Assembly (NCBI GenBank): GCA_004764695.1
Contig: SMSO01000014.1
Span: 1,545,648 to 1,609,647 of the forward strand
DNA from: Schizochytrium sp. TIO01
Taxonomy: Eukaryota; Protista; Bigyra: Labyrinthulomycetes
Direction of reading: 5' to 3'
Length of the DNA stretch: 64,000 bases
In this document: positions 43,180 to 56,194 of the stretch, piece by piece
How positions within the stretch are numbered: the stretch's first letter is position 1
How the letters are laid out: every line of letters starts with the position of its first letter
Notes under the pieces: generated by a model
Seen by the model: only the letters and a program-made list of their open reading frames with translations
What the model was told of the DNA's origin: nothing
Databases searched by the model: none
Position numbers and translations under genes: made by a program

Positions 43180-44610
43180 ATCTGTCAGATGCCTCGCTTG
43201 TGACGACGGATCATAAAGTCTGAAGACTCTGCTCTCAGCGAACCACGTTCTGTGGAGTTAGATATCTCATATACAGCGGGTGTCCTCTTATGTTTTTCCC
43301 TTCGGACCCTCAAGCTCGCCAGTTCGTGGGTCTAGCCCGATGGTTATAATCTTGGCTAGTCTGAGTGAATGCTTGCAACCTCTATCAGAGGTATGAACAA
43401 GTATCAGAGGGTGCTTTTGTGAACTTCAAAAGGCCCGAGGCTGTCGTTCTCATGCTCCAGGAGTCCCCACGGGTTCGTTCTGGCCTGGCGCTCTGAAGAG
43501 GGGAAGGAGCTTTTCTCGTGCGGACACCATTAAAGGCGAGAAAAGAGGAGTTGGATTAAAGACGGAATAGTGTCCTAAAAAGATGAAACCTGGAAAATAC
43601 GCCATAGATTCCTCATGGTGTCAGATTCCAGATCTAAATCGACCAAGCACTTGTATAATACAATCTTGGCAACATCACGAATGGTCCTGATGCAGTGGGG
43701 TTTGTAGCTAGTTCTTCTTTCTCTCTTGAAGATTGATTGATGTTAAGTCAGGGTTGTTTGTTGCAGGGTATTGCTTTCAGAACTTAACATCACAAAACAT
43801 ATAAAAGCCAAAGGCTGTGAAGTTGGTTGTTTTGAGTCTTTCTAATGCGCAAATGCACAGTCTTTCTTAATCTACGAACTGATAATCTGCGATGCTTCGA
43901 CTCGCGGGGTTGTGTCGTCTAAATAGAGAAACACATAATTTGGGTACCCTATGATTACTTCTGAAAAACTCCAAATTTATAATTTATTATTAATTTGAAA
44001 AAAAAAAGCGTTGCGCAGGTGAATCTCAGCGTTCACGGCACTTCGTATCTCCAGCTCACGAAATCGGAGCTATAGTTGCTCCGAGAATCGCATCATCAGT
44101 CAGTAACATGATATTCAGTTAGGTCCTTAAGCAGTAATAAAATAAAAGTTCAAGTTAAAAAGTGCGTCAGAGGCTGCCAAGGCTCTCTTCGAAACTCAAA
44201 TCGTTTTAAGCTATGCAAGGCTGAGAACTCTCCTCCCCTAAACAACAAATGGAAAGTTTCGTAATGCAGAAAAAACACTGACGCGTCATCACATATGGAC
44301 ATATAAATGAATTGACCAGAGTCGGGATACATACAATAATACGCAGTGCTCCCTCCTTGCGAAGAATCCCCCCCCTAATCGTGTTTGGCGGTAGGCTCTG
44401 CTTGATCATGGTCATAGTACAACTTTAGCTACAGAATCTTCATGAATATAAAATCGCTCTCAAGACTGCCTAACGTAGGTACAGAAATTATGCGCTCAGT
44501 CTGATAATCATCAGAGCAAGACTAGCTGGTGTGATTGTTATGGCCATTCGCCTGACTCGAGCACTGCATCATAGCATCTACTGGTTCAAGGATGGGAGGC
44601 ATGCAGAGTT

Positions 44611-44666
44611 GCCATTGTTGATTTGCCATTGTTGATTTGCCGTGGTTGATTTGCCGTGGTTGATTT
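44611..44666. repeat. 14-bp intergenic minisatellite x4 (gccattgttgattt x2, gccgtggttgattt x2)
   Basis: Directly visible, arranged as 2+2 variants. Confidence 0.9.
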
Positions 44667-46690
44667 GAAGTGGTTTTCTCATTATAGGAGAGATGGTTCG
44701 GCGAGTTCTTCAGTGACGATCGTGTCAGTGACGCGCGGAATGAAGCGTCGTCATCACTATGGGACAGAAAGAACAATTCAATATTAGGTTTCTTCAAAAT
44801 AATTAATGAACTTTTAAGATTAAAAGAGTTGACTTAAAACGGCAGTGCCTTTTTGAGGCGAGACGATTTTATAAGTGGTGATGCCTTTTAGCAGCTACTG
44901 CTTCCGCAAAAGTATGCCATTGCAATGCTCAAAATACCGCAGAGATAAAGTTCTCCCTTGCAGATCTCAACAACGAGAGTTAGCATGGTGATTATATTTG
45001 GAAAAACGAGCTTCACTTTTCAATTCAGGCTGGTGAGTAAGAATGCAATAGCAATGTCCATGTCCCCAAACGATTAAAGTGCCAATACGGTGACGCTTCA
45101 TATTACCGATGGAACCAGCCTCCCAGCAAGGCGCATCATCACTCCATTTTGCGGACAAACTACCTAAAAGAGTAGTTATCAAAATATGGCATCTTTGTAT
45201 AGCATAATCAAGAAGACATAGTAGGGATCGTTGGGACGCGTTTATGGATGATGAATAGTTCTGAGAGTCTAAAATTTGGTTCGACAGTATGAATGTTGGT
45301 AAATCGTCCCTTAGGTTATTATGTTTATCCCAGATTTTTTGTCAAATTAATTTGTCCCAGCAAAGGCAACAATACATTTTTTTAAAATCACAAGTAAGCC
45401 GCTCCATGTTGCAAATAGGATCACGAGATGCAGCTAAAGCTAAACGCAGTGCGTGCGAGGGTCAAATGCATGCATGAGCTCGACGTCGTATCATGATGCC
45501 TCAAATCGCGATGCGTCACCTCTTTGGGCACCTCGTCAGCACTGTTTTGCTACGTAGCATGATCGGCCTTTGGTCGGGAAGGACTGTTCCCCTCGCTTTC
45601 CCACTTTTGCTTTCCTCGCTCGAATGCTCTTCTACCCTACGGTCTCGTCTAGGTAGCTGCTACAGCTCCTCGTTGACACCCAACTTTAAAGACAGACTGT
45701 GACCTCGCTCTTTTCTTTCTTCCTCTTCACCCTTCAATTTCTCTCTTTGGCTGTTTTAAAGGCGAACCGGCACTTGGTAGCAAAGGCTCCGCTGCAGCGG
45801 GTGTAGGACCCATTGATTGGGCAGTCCAGTCATGCGAGCAACCGCTTCGCAGGCGCACTCACTGGCTGCTCGCAGCGAGGGTTTTCATGCCTGGCTCCAG
45901 CGATCTCCATTCATTCTGTGGTTCTTTCCTGCCATAGTGCCTATTCTGCGCGCTTGCTTTCAATCAATCTAGAGCGCGTATGCCACCGCTGAGAATTTTG
46001 CGCCCCTCGGGAGTCCACTTCGATTTCGATTAAGTTGAGGCATCGCAGCCAGCAACGGGTCAGACGCAGATGGATGGAGATTTATCAGACGCTTCTTGGC
46101 TGCCGGAGGCAGACGCAGCGCTGCGTCGAGTGCTGCGACGCACGACCGTATCACTGGCTTTTGCGTGGGCTGTGTGGTTCTTCTTCTTGCCGCGGCTTCC
46201 GAGATTTAGTGGTTCTCCAGGAGTTGCAAAGAAGAACGCAAACTCAGTGAGCGCTTTCGGCATTTTCAGCCCCAATTGCTGCTTGGGCTAGCTAGCAGTA
46301 ACTAGCCCATAGCCTAGCACCCGCTTAGCTAGAGTGATTTATAAAAGAAATGAAAAAGAACTGTTTTTGTTTTGTTTTATTGTTCTCTTGAGTTTATAAT
46401 TCTGAAAATTAAAGCCCGAGTTGAGATTGATGGAGTCTCCAGGTACAATGCAATCTTTATCAACGAACAGGCCTAACATTCAACTTGAAGGGTCAGAAAG
46501 CTATGACAACGCATCGCTGCTGAGACCAAGAAGGGCGTCCCCTTTCTTTTGCGATCAGAGACCTGAGACAGAAAACCAGTCCGCAAGCTTTTAGCCTGCA
46601 CCAACGGAAACAATCTTGTTTCTACCACCTAAAATGGCCTGCTCCAATTTTTATTTTTATTTCTTTAATTAATTAATTAATTATTAAATG

Positions 46691-46697
<7 letters not shown>

Positions 46698-46738
<41 letters not shown>
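46698..46738. repeat. 41-nt poly(A) tract preceded by an AT-rich stretch
   Basis: Directly visible. Confidence 0.95.
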
Positions 46739-46742
<4 letters not shown>

Positions 46743-47142
46743 CACTTTTCAGAAAGACATAATTTCGTAAAATTCATTGTGAACGAAGTAGGTTTGATTG
46801 GGCTCATAACTGAGCAAAGCTTTGCTAAACTCTGCAACACTTAGTTTTGGCGCTGCCTTCCATCCAAAACCCCCCAGCGAGCATATTTTGGAGGCGAAGC
46901 GAAACAGGGCACTCGAGGATGGCCCAGCTTCCGGGGCACCCAGCATTGCCGCCGCGTGCTGCTCCACACGAATTAGCCCTGCCTGCTAATTGTCGAGTGG
47001 TTATCATCGCAGTGAGTGAGTGAGTGTTGTGCTCTTTTGGCTGGCTTCTCAGACCAAGCTTGGTGAAGCAGCCATTGTGTACGCACATCGCCAGCAATGC
47101 ATGTGCCAGGACCAGGCGAAGCACCGAATGGGAGCAAATACA

Positions 47143-47172
47143 ATGAATGAATGAATGAATGAATGAATGAAT
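47143..47172. repeat. (TGAA)n microsatellite
   Basis: Directly visible. Confidence 0.9.
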
Positions 47173-47349
47173 GATACGGAATGACAAAGATGTACCGTAA
47201 GCAGCACGTGCACAAGCGCAGCCAGCACCTGCAGCAAGCAGCAAGTACTTGTCACGCTATTCTGCTATTCTGCGAGAGATCGATCAATACCTGAGGCGCC
47301 AAAGCTCTGCGCGAGCGAGCCCTAAGGCGTATTCGCGTTCTTCGAAACG

Positions 47350-47350
<1 letters not shown>

Positions 47351-47383
<33 letters not shown>
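47351..47383. repeat. (CAG)11 microsatellite outside any supported CDS
   Basis: Directly visible. Confidence 0.9.
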
Positions 47384-47385
<2 letters not shown>

Positions 47386-48130
47386 GCAGCGGTCATTTCG
47401 TGCACCATTGTAGTTTCGCTTTGATGATTGAAGGCTTGGTCAAGTTCTTCGAACTGCGGCCCCAACCTGAGCCCGCAAAGGTCGGATACTACCATAGTGC
47501 CGCAAGCCCAAAGGGTGTCTGTCTATCTACCATGGCATGTTTTCCCACCAGCAGGCACACAAGCGGTGGCACTTGTAAATCTTCAGGTCCTGGTGAAGAA
47601 GACCCGGCTAGACTTACTTCACCCATCGCCACTGGCCCCGAAGAGCTCATTCGTGATCGTGCCAGCGGCGACTCCGCCTTTCGCCGCCACTCCTCGCAGC
47701 CCACTTCGAAGACGATGAATGAACTCGGCGGCGAAATCGCTTCTTCACCGTCGCTGCACTTGCTCGGCCTTTCTCAGTTTCCCAGCCATCTCAAGCCAAC
47801 TCCGGTCAGTCAGTCAGTCAGGCAGGCAGGCCTCGAGCGGGCTAGCTCGCTTTTACACGTGCTCCAGCTGTTGGCGCCATGTTGGCAAACTTGGGACCAA
47901 GCTCCTCGAGAGATCTTCAGGACGAGGTTCGCATCAGGCGAGCAGTTCTGGCGAATTGGCTGAGGCAGCTGCGAAGCACTTCAAGTCTTCAAGATGGGCC
48001 ATTGGGCTGAAGCTCGTTCTCGAGTGGCCGGGTTTCATGAACGAGCTCTCAACCCGTATGATGGTTCAGAATTCTGCTCTCTTGTACCCCTGCTTTCCGG
48101 CGGTCAGTGAGAACTGGAGACAGCAAACTG

Positions 48131-48184
48131 ACTGCGAGAACTGCGAGAACTGCGAGAACTGCAAGAACTGCAAGAACTGCAAGA
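48131..48184. repeat. 9-bp minisatellite (actgcgaga)x3(actgcaaga)x3
   Basis: Directly visible, arranged as 3+3 variants. Confidence 0.9.
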
Positions 48185-48586
48185 GCAAACGGCTCAGCAA
48201 GCAAGCAGCCAGTCGAGTCGCTCACTCTGAGCAGACGACCCATGTCAAATGAAGGAACGGAACAATCTTCGCAAAAGGTCCAAGCCTTTCGCATCGCCAT
48301 CTCAGTCCCTCAGTCCTTCACGCAAACTCTTCACAGCTCCATCCGAGTTGGTTCATTCTCAGCCTCTTTTCTACTTCTTTTTCTTTTTCTTTTTCTTACT
48401 ATTATAATCCGGCACGCACCAGGAGACCCTGCAGTTGCTATTAGGCTGAGTTGCATGTGTCGGCGAATATGTCGATCAAGCGACGTGAGCCTGAAACGTA
48501 GGGATAATATTGGGTAACACGTGGAACAGATTAAATTAACTCCAAAAAGAACCCGATTTGCGTCAGCAAAATGTTTCTCTCTTTTT

Positions 48587-48618
<32 letters not shown>

Positions 48619-49530
48619 TTTAAAACCATTAAAAATTAACAAAAGCAGAATAAGACCGTGGTACTGGAGGCGAGGAAGGAGCAAAAAGACGGAAAGAGGC
48701 AGAAAGAAGAGGATCAGCAGCCGCAATGGGGAAAGAAAGAACTTGAAGAGTGAAACAGATAACGAGACAGGCTGATCGGGTACTACATCGGATGGAGTTG
48801 TTGGCTGCTCAGGAACGAGGAAAATAGATACCGAGCTATATTTACTTTCTTGGGTTACTTTTTGCGTTGGCTGTTGTTTTTATTTCTAGTTTTATTCATT
48901 TATTGTAGAATCACTGGCACAGAAAACACTTTTAGTTAATTTATTCTAATAGTTATTTTAATTTTTCTCGTATCTTTTCTTTTTTTGTTCTTTTTAAGTC
49001 CAAGTCTCCGCAGTCATAGGCACCGTGACTACTAACAATACATGGATGTGGAAAGATACGGAGTAGGTATAAGAAAGAAAACAAAACAGCCTGATAAATA
49101 AATCGACCGGATGACTGATACTTTTAGTGGTTAATTCTCTACTAAATCACTAAGCACTCCTAGTGAAGACTTAGGCAATCAGGATTCTCGAAAACAAAAA
49201 ATAAAAATAAAAATAAAAACATCAAAGCCTGAGAAGAACTGTTTAGAAACAAAAAGCTTGGAACTTGGAGAAACTTTCAGAAGAAATGAAAAGCTTTCAA
49301 GATCGCTTGACGATAGTAAAATCCTTTGCCACGCAAGCAAATCCAAAACTCGAACGCGAGCAACCTCGGGAAAGAACAAACCCAGGCGTCTCACAACAGA
49401 CCGCTAAGCGAACCGCTGTTTAGAACCCAAGTCTGCGCCTTGCGTAAAGCAAGTAACGCAAGCTCAAACCGCTGAGGAAACCAACAAGAGAAACGTAGTC
49501 AGCAGCAGATCAGATAAAAGCAGCTCCAAG

Positions 49531-50568
49531 ATGGCTTTCCTTCTCGCTGGCGTTGCGCTAGGCGCCACCGCCGTCGCCCTCAGCGAGCACGATCGCTCTT
49601 ATTACAGACAATCGCGGTATGCAATGGACTTCCTGGGCAACCGCAATGGTCAGGATATCTACAAGGACCGTGTGACCGGATACTTCTACTGCGACGATGG
49701 GTGGGATGTGCGTCGTGTCGGAGCTCCGGGCTGGCGTGCCCATCCTGTGGATCTTGAGCGTCTCAAGACCAAGTTGGCAGAGTTTTCTCCGGAACAGCTT
49801 GGATTTTCCGAGTACATCCTGGCGACCTTCGCTGGCCATGAGGACCGCCTCTGGGAGACAATTTTCAGACGTTTCGAACAACCTAAGGAACCCAAGAAGC
49901 CGCACTTCGGCAAGACCATTCGCAAGCACAGATGGCAGCGATACGACGAGGAACACGATAACTGGGACCGCGACATCGCCGGTGCCCAGCGCCAATTTAA
50001 GGCCGAGGATGCTACATGGGCCGCTAAGCGTGCATCTTACGACGCCTCCGTTGACCACGCAGCATCAGGTAATGAGCTTCTTAAGCGAGCCCTTGCTCCA
50101 CAGGACCAGGACCTTGAGGTCTTCAAGATTGTTGTCCCTGCTGGAAAGGTGCCTGGTGACACTCTCACAGTCCAGGCAGCAGGTCGCACCCTACGTGTAC
50201 TCATTCCTCCAGGATCTGCCCCAGGATCTGAAATCCAGTTTGAGTTGCCTAGACAACAGGCTGTCGTTGTGCAGCCTGTCGAAGCTCCCCGCCACCGCCC
50301 TCCTCAGCCTGCTATTGGTGGAATTGTCAGCCGCAGACCTGCTGGAGGCGCCACTGGAGCTCAGAGTTATGGTGGAGTCATCACTCGGAAGCCTGGTGCA
50401 CCACAGAGGAAGGCAACGCCAAACCTTGAGGATTCATCATACCCAGTCGTTGCACATGCTCCAGCACCTGTAGCAGCATCATCGGTGCCTAAGCAACCAT
50501 ATGCTGCGTATAAGAGCATCCCAACGCAGCCGGCTGAAGTGAGCCCGACTAACTCTTTCCGCGCCTAA
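49531..50568 (+). CDS. Hypothetical protein with a short hydrophobic N-terminus, a small helical domain and a VPxGxxPG beta-repeat
   Basis: 345-aa ORF with ATG in caagATGg context and C-biased codons. Contains RLKTKLAEFSPEQLGFSEYILATFAGHEDRLW, a duplicated VVPAGKVPGDTL / LIPPGSAPGSEI motif, and a Pro/Ala-rich tail. Confidence 0.8.
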   Translation: MAFLLAGVALGATAVALSEHDRSYYRQSRYAMDFLGNRNGQDIYKDRVTGYFYCDDGWDVRRVGAPGWRAHPVDLERLKTKLAEFSPEQLGFSEYILATFAGHEDRLWETIFRRFEQPKEPKKPHFGKTIRKHRWQRYDEEHDNWDRDIAGAQRQFKAEDATWAAKRASYDASVDHAASGNELLKRALAPQDQDLEVFKIVVPAGKVPGDTLTVQAAGRTLRVLIPPGSAPGSEIQFELPRQQAVVVQPVEAPRHRPPQPAIGGIVSRRPAGGATGAQSYGGVITRKPGAPQRKATPNLEDSSYPVVAHAPAPVAASSVPKQPYAAYKSIPTQPAEVSPTNSFRA

Positions 50569-51389
50569 ATTATGGCACGGGTTGTGTTTTAGAGCTGACC
50601 ATGTATGCCTAAACCCTCCCTTAATTCGGCCATTTGTTCTGATATTTTGACCATTTCCCCTTACAAATTAGCACGTTATAGCACACAGTTCATCTCGTGC
50701 CATGAAACCCAATCAATACCAATATTGTTGTCTGATAGTGAAAAACAAAAATATATTCTTTTCTTTGGAAAACACATTTCTTTTTCTATCTACCTACCCA
50801 CCTACCAAATTTAATATGTTCATTTTATTCTTCAGTTTATACCTATCACATTCGTGAATATTATACGTTTCTGGCTTCGTGGAGTAGAAATAAATTATGT
50901 CAATCTTCTGATACTAATATTGTAATTATTGCGTCTCCTTTGGTAGGAGCATGAGATTCTCTAGCCTGGTGATTGGAAAAAGTATTTGCATGCCTGGTGA
51001 AGTTTGAACATCATAGCCACATGCCGATTATCCAAACTACATGTTGTTATCTTTTAATAAAACAAAATAATTACTCAGATCTTGATATATAAGATCTGAG
51101 AAAAGAGTTTGCAGCCCCTTCTGAATACATCTAGTGGTCCTTATACAACTTGATAAACTTGGGACTTCACCTATATGAAGAACTCATTGTTGTCAGAATA
51201 GTTTGAAATTTATTATATTTGATTGGTGGGATAGTTTGAGTTGTTTGTGCACAAGACAAGTAAAAAAGTCGTTCACAGCAATTTGGCAGGGACAGGTGGG
51301 TTTCCCAAGCAATTGGGTATAGTAAGCATGCAAATCGAAAAGCAAGTAGTAGAGAAATGATCAAGAGAGATGCGTGTCACTTTTTATAT

Positions 51390-53420
51390 TCAAGGACCCG
51401 CGCTCCACATAACGCGAGTAGAGCTCGGTTGCTTCGGCACCAATCCCTCCTCGGCATCATCTTGATCAATAAATTCAGCCAGGTCATCGAAATTGATACT
51501 CTTTCGACGGTTTGACTTACTGGATTTGGTCTTCAACTTTGATGTTTTTGAAACAGTAAGGTCATTATCACTGTCTTGGTTCTCCTGATCTTGCGATGGA
51601 CGATAAGAACTTGTCAACGGGGCAGCCACTGGCATCTGGGCTTTGTGTTGAATGTTGTACTGCTGAGGCAAAGGCTGTACCTTCTTGTTTGACTGGCCGT
51701 ACTTTTCGATAATTGCTTTTTTCTTCTTGATGAAGTCATTCATGGCTGAATCAAACTTAGCATGAAGTTCAGCCTCGGCTTTGGCTAAAGCTTGGTCCAT
51801 CGTCTCACCTTCCATGGAATCATCGAGGCAGGGTGACTCAGATTTTTGACCTACGTATGGAGCATTACTCTTGACCTGGACTTGCTCATCCAACGAGGTT
51901 TTGCGAGCAATAGTAGGGCTAATACCTGTCGCAGACTCGTATGTAGGTTTGTTGTCATTCCTGCGAGGCTTTGTGTACCTTTGCGACAAGCTTGACTGAA
52001 TGGAATCTACAGACTTCTCGATTGATGAGGTATCTACTGACTGAGACACCTCAAGCAAGGATTCTGATGAACCCGGAAAAGGTCTTCCGTTCACATAGTT
52101 CAGGTAGCGGTTTGCATATTCCTTCGGGCTAAGCACTAAAAGTGAATCTTTATCAATGTATTGCATCTTTCGAGATCGCCCATGTGGTGATTGGATTTGT
52201 ACATTGGTAGCCTTCTCAATCTCACTACGCTCCAATTTAGTTTGTTCTTGCATCTTGACAATTATGGGCTTGAGTTTCTTGATGTCTTTCTTTGCAGGCA
52301 TTTCATTTCTTGCAGGACTCTGCCTAACGCGCGAGCGTGACGGCGTTGGGACACAAGAAAGCTCATAGGAGTACTGGGCACTCAGTAGCTCCATAGTAGA
52401 GTCACAATTTTGCTTCGGGTCTTTTACAAAGGCTCTTACAATATTTCTCAGGTTATCAGAGGAAAGGTCGGCCTTGCGTGGAGTTTGCGGAGGGGAAACC
52501 GAGCGCTCTGTAGCACCTTTAGATGGCGCTGAGACCAATGGCATTACAGGCTTTTGAGATGACCGACTACTTCCCTGGTTTCGAATTCTCTCGCTAGTAC
52601 CTGCGTTGTTCTCGTCCGATATTCTCATGGACGCTAAAGCGCGCATGGATTCCTCCAGAGGATCCTCTTCTTCCACTTCCTGTGGCTTGGGCGACATTTC
52701 AGACGCCTCCCGCGAGGATTGCAGTCTCGTCCGACTTGTCTCTACTGGTGATTCATGAACATTCTCAGCTGGCTCATCGTCATCCTCCTGCTGCACAAGA
52801 GACACCATAGCATCAAGCGAGATACTTGCTCTGCGATCTTTTTTCGCCCTCATCGATTCAGTTTCGTCCCCTTCATCATCATCATCACTAAGAGATCCAC
52901 GGGTTCTACTGATTTGTTCCTTGCTTTTGCCAACGTTTTTCCTTTGCGGGCCGTAATTATCTTCGAGTGCATCCAAAGCAGAGGCTCTCAAGTTTTCAAG
53001 AATGTTGTAGAGTTCCTCCATGGTTTCGTGCGCGTCAAGGCTTTCGTCGATGGGTCTTATGAGTAGTTCTACAGTTTCTGATCTGGGATTTTGCAGAATT
53101 AGCAACACAAAAGGTCTTCCACGATCATCCATAGATAGCTCGATGTCGTTGAGGTGCTCTCCTGGCACAAGGGCTTGGATGCGGGTATTTTCGGGTAACG
53201 TGGCATCTACAATAAGGGCATCGCTGGTCACAGCAACAAGGCCGGCCCCACTGTTTTTGCCAGTATCGTCGCCAGGCACGCATATGCGCACGTTATCAAA
53301 TTTCTGTGCCTGCGCAAGCTGCCGCGAGAGTAGACCGCCATCGTCATGGCCACCATGCAGGCCATCAGCGCTTTCCCAACGGGACACCAGCCACGCCGTC
53401 AGGGCAGCGTCCACCTGCAT
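51390..53420 (-). CDS. Hypothetical protein with a beta-rich (possibly PH-like) N-terminal domain and an S/E/D/K-rich disordered region
   Basis: 676-aa ATG-initiated ORF with protein-like composition and a short coiled coil near the C-terminus. No family recognised. Confidence 0.75.
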   Translation of the reverse strand: MQVDAALTAWLVSRWESADGLHGGHDDGGLLSRQLAQAQKFDNVRICVPGDDTGKNSGAGLVAVTSDALIVDATLPENTRIQALVPGEHLNDIELSMDDRGRPFVLLILQNPRSETVELLIRPIDESLDAHETMEELYNILENLRASALDALEDNYGPQRKNVGKSKEQISRTRGSLSDDDDEGDETESMRAKKDRRASISLDAMVSLVQQEDDDEPAENVHESPVETSRTRLQSSREASEMSPKPQEVEEEDPLEESMRALASMRISDENNAGTSERIRNQGSSRSSQKPVMPLVSAPSKGATERSVSPPQTPRKADLSSDNLRNIVRAFVKDPKQNCDSTMELLSAQYSYELSCVPTPSRSRVRQSPARNEMPAKKDIKKLKPIIVKMQEQTKLERSEIEKATNVQIQSPHGRSRKMQYIDKDSLLVLSPKEYANRYLNYVNGRPFPGSSESLLEVSQSVDTSSIEKSVDSIQSSLSQRYTKPRRNDNKPTYESATGISPTIARKTSLDEQVQVKSNAPYVGQKSESPCLDDSMEGETMDQALAKAEAELHAKFDSAMNDFIKKKKAIIEKYGQSNKKVQPLPQQYNIQHKAQMPVAAPLTSSYRPSQDQENQDSDNDLTVSKTSKLKTKSSKSNRRKSINFDDLAEFIDQDDAEEGLVPKQPSSTRVMWSAGP

Positions 53421-56194
53421 TCTTGCACGACTTGCGTGAGTGAGAATTTAGTCAAGATCCGTCCCGCCGACCGCAACGACTTGTTGTCTGGTCAAGCGAT
53501 CACGAACTGTCTCAAATCCATCATCCCAATAGCGAGAACAAACAACCAAAGCGAGGGCTCCTCCATTGCCCACTTGCGCATATTTTAATACCCTTTGTGA
53601 CAACTTATACTTCACTGTGTGATTCTATACTTCACTGTAACTGAATCCTTTACCCCACTTGGTCTTGCTCTGTTTTTCCTCTCTTTTTCTGCGACGGTTT
53701 TACAGGGACAGGAACAATGGGTCCTGATCAGCTGTTTGCTGTTTTGTTTCTCTGTTTGGTGATAATGCTTTACATTTCGGGCCGGAGGGTGTGGCGCTGT
53801 TGAAATCAGAGTCTGATGTGGTGAGGTTCGAACAGATAAATCAAAGGGTATGAAAGGGATTATTTGGAGACTACCACTTTAAGATGGGATCGAAAGCGTC
53901 TTTGGAGAGGATGAACTCGAAGAATTGGGGTCTGTCTATCTATGACAGGGCAACAAGAAGCAAGGGACACATTGCGTTCTTCTGTGCCCTCATTGGACTC
54001 GGCATAATATAGGTGCAATGGGGGTATAGATTGAGTCAGTATAAACTTCTATAATATACCCTGTTACATAAGATTGAGTGAAGACTAGAGGGGTATTATG
54101 AAAGGTGAAGAAGAGACTACTCTGTTTTTTTTTAGATTTCAATCGTGAGAAACTCATTCATTCTATGGTTGCAATCTTCATGGAAAATGGCGGTTGCTTC
54201 GTGATTGACGAACCATTGCGAATGACAAAGTCACCCCCTTGGCTGTTCAGCCTTGTACCGCCTTTCGCTAGCGACTTGGGCAAGCGGGCAAGCAACTGCA
54301 TTCATTGCATTGCGTGTATGAATACTCGACAGCGAATTAGTTATGACCGTAACTAATAGGAATGAATGAATGAATGAATACCTTGTAACGAACGCGTAAA
54401 ATACACTGGAATTTGCAGAGAGCAGGCCCCTCAAATTGGATAGACAGACAGACAGATAGATAGATAGATAGATAACCAAGCAGCAAGTCGCCAAAAGTCT
54501 TCGTACTGCATAACTCTCTGCATTGTGATCCGCTTCGGAATAACGAATCGAATCGCGTGTTTAATTAACTCTGTGGGTTGAGCGCTTTGTCGCTTTTATG
54601 CGCGTGCCCAAAGCACAACGTGCTACGTTCCTGTTTTTTAACCCAATAATTAAAAGTTATAAAAGCTTCTTTACCAAAGTTAAACTTTGTTTTACTTATA
54701 AAAACCTTATAGCAGCAAAAGGTAATTAATGCAACATATACATAGGTGGAAAGGTGGTACCTACCTAAGTGAGTGAGAGAGCGATAAGGGAGTACTGGTG
54801 GCACGATGATAGTTGATACCATCCATAGCCATCCACGAGTTTTCGACAGCAGTCATAGCGAAGGGATTGAATTCTCTCGGAGTTTTCAAGGTTTCGGGTT
54901 TCCTTTCCATTTCTTCAATCTCTCGTTGGGTGCAACAGCTTTGTCAACATCGAAGATTGCAGGTAAGTTAGTGGGTTAGTTGATTTGCATTGGACTCGCG
55001 CGCAATTTGAGTGGCCGTTATCGAGGCATTCATTGCAAACGCGAAGAACCAATCGAGAAACGAGACGAGACGCTGGCAGGGCAGCTATGCAAATGCGGTG
55101 TTCAGATAACTTGGTGGATTGGAGGGGATTGTCAGAATTTGAAGAGAATGCTGAGGAAGTCATTTATAGAAGCAACGAACGATCTTCGTGCAATGGGTGG
55201 ACGGATGAGTGGATGGAATTGAGAATGAGTGCACTGCACCTTGGGTTTATGTAAAAGATGTATCCAAGCACTTCGCCTGCTCTGACCTGGTCTTCTTTGG
55301 CGGATGACATGGCCACACGAATAATCTTTAGAGTTAGACTTGCAAAAACTGGGTAGCAATTTCCGTCGTCGTGGTTGCCTTTGTCGTTATCGTTGTGAAA
55401 GCAGAAGTTGGTAAAGGCCATTTCTGCGTTGATTTACCCAGCAGCGCCAGCAGTAGCAATGGCCGATTCAATTGAACCAAGTCATAGACTCCAAGCTTGC
55501 AGCTTGATTCTAAGAATGGCAGGCCTCTAGCTGGACAAGTGCTTTTGACGTTGATCAAAGAAGTTACGGTATCCACTGTTGGGCTTGGCCTCCACGAGCA
55601 AGTGGTCCCAGATTGTCAAAGACTCCCTTCATACCCTAGGCAAACCACCATAGTGTAAGTCATTGCTGTGTCGTTAGTTAGTGGGGATGTAGAAGAATTT
55701 TATGCATAGCACCGAGTGGCTGAGTGGAGATAGCAATTGGGAACTTTGGCATTGTCTCCAAACTCCAGTCTCACCAACAGCTCATGGACAGGAAGAAGAA
55801 CGTCTACTAATAGGCTGGGAAGTACTCAGCAGAAACGCTGTTTGATTTTTCTTGCAGAAAGGCATTTCCTCAAGCCCTGAGCGACCAAAATCAAAATCCC
55901 TGGAGGAAAGGCGAGTCTGCGCACCAACTGACTTTTGCATCTTGTAGAAGTCATTCAGTGAGTTGCACTGTTCCCAACACCACGGATCAACAATAGTAGT
56001 CACCTCAAGTGCTTACGACTAGAGCTGAGGCCTCTTTCGAGACATTTAGAGCGGATTGGAGACCCAGAACACCATTGATCCCCGTCAGCATCTTGCTGGT
56101 GGGTGGTGGAAGACTTTCATTGGCGTCGATTAGATTTGCACGCTTTGCAGTTCTGCAGGGTTGTTAGAGAAGAAGCGATACACTTAGAGTCACT

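Noticed and set aside
45731-46750. Possible target-site duplication (ccttcaattt / ccttcacttt) around the poly(A) tract
   Set aside because: Only a 9/10 match in pyrimidine-rich DNA, and no retroelement or processed-gene sequence is recognisable between the copies.
53778-53835. GGTTCGAA T-loop-like motif suggesting a tRNA
   Set aside because: No matching T-stem or acceptor stem could be built.
55334-56003. Short minus-strand ORFs with a WxxxxCNSLN zinc-finger-like fragment
   Set aside because: Cys spacing does not fit RanBP2-type fingers, and the ORFs are short and discontinuous.
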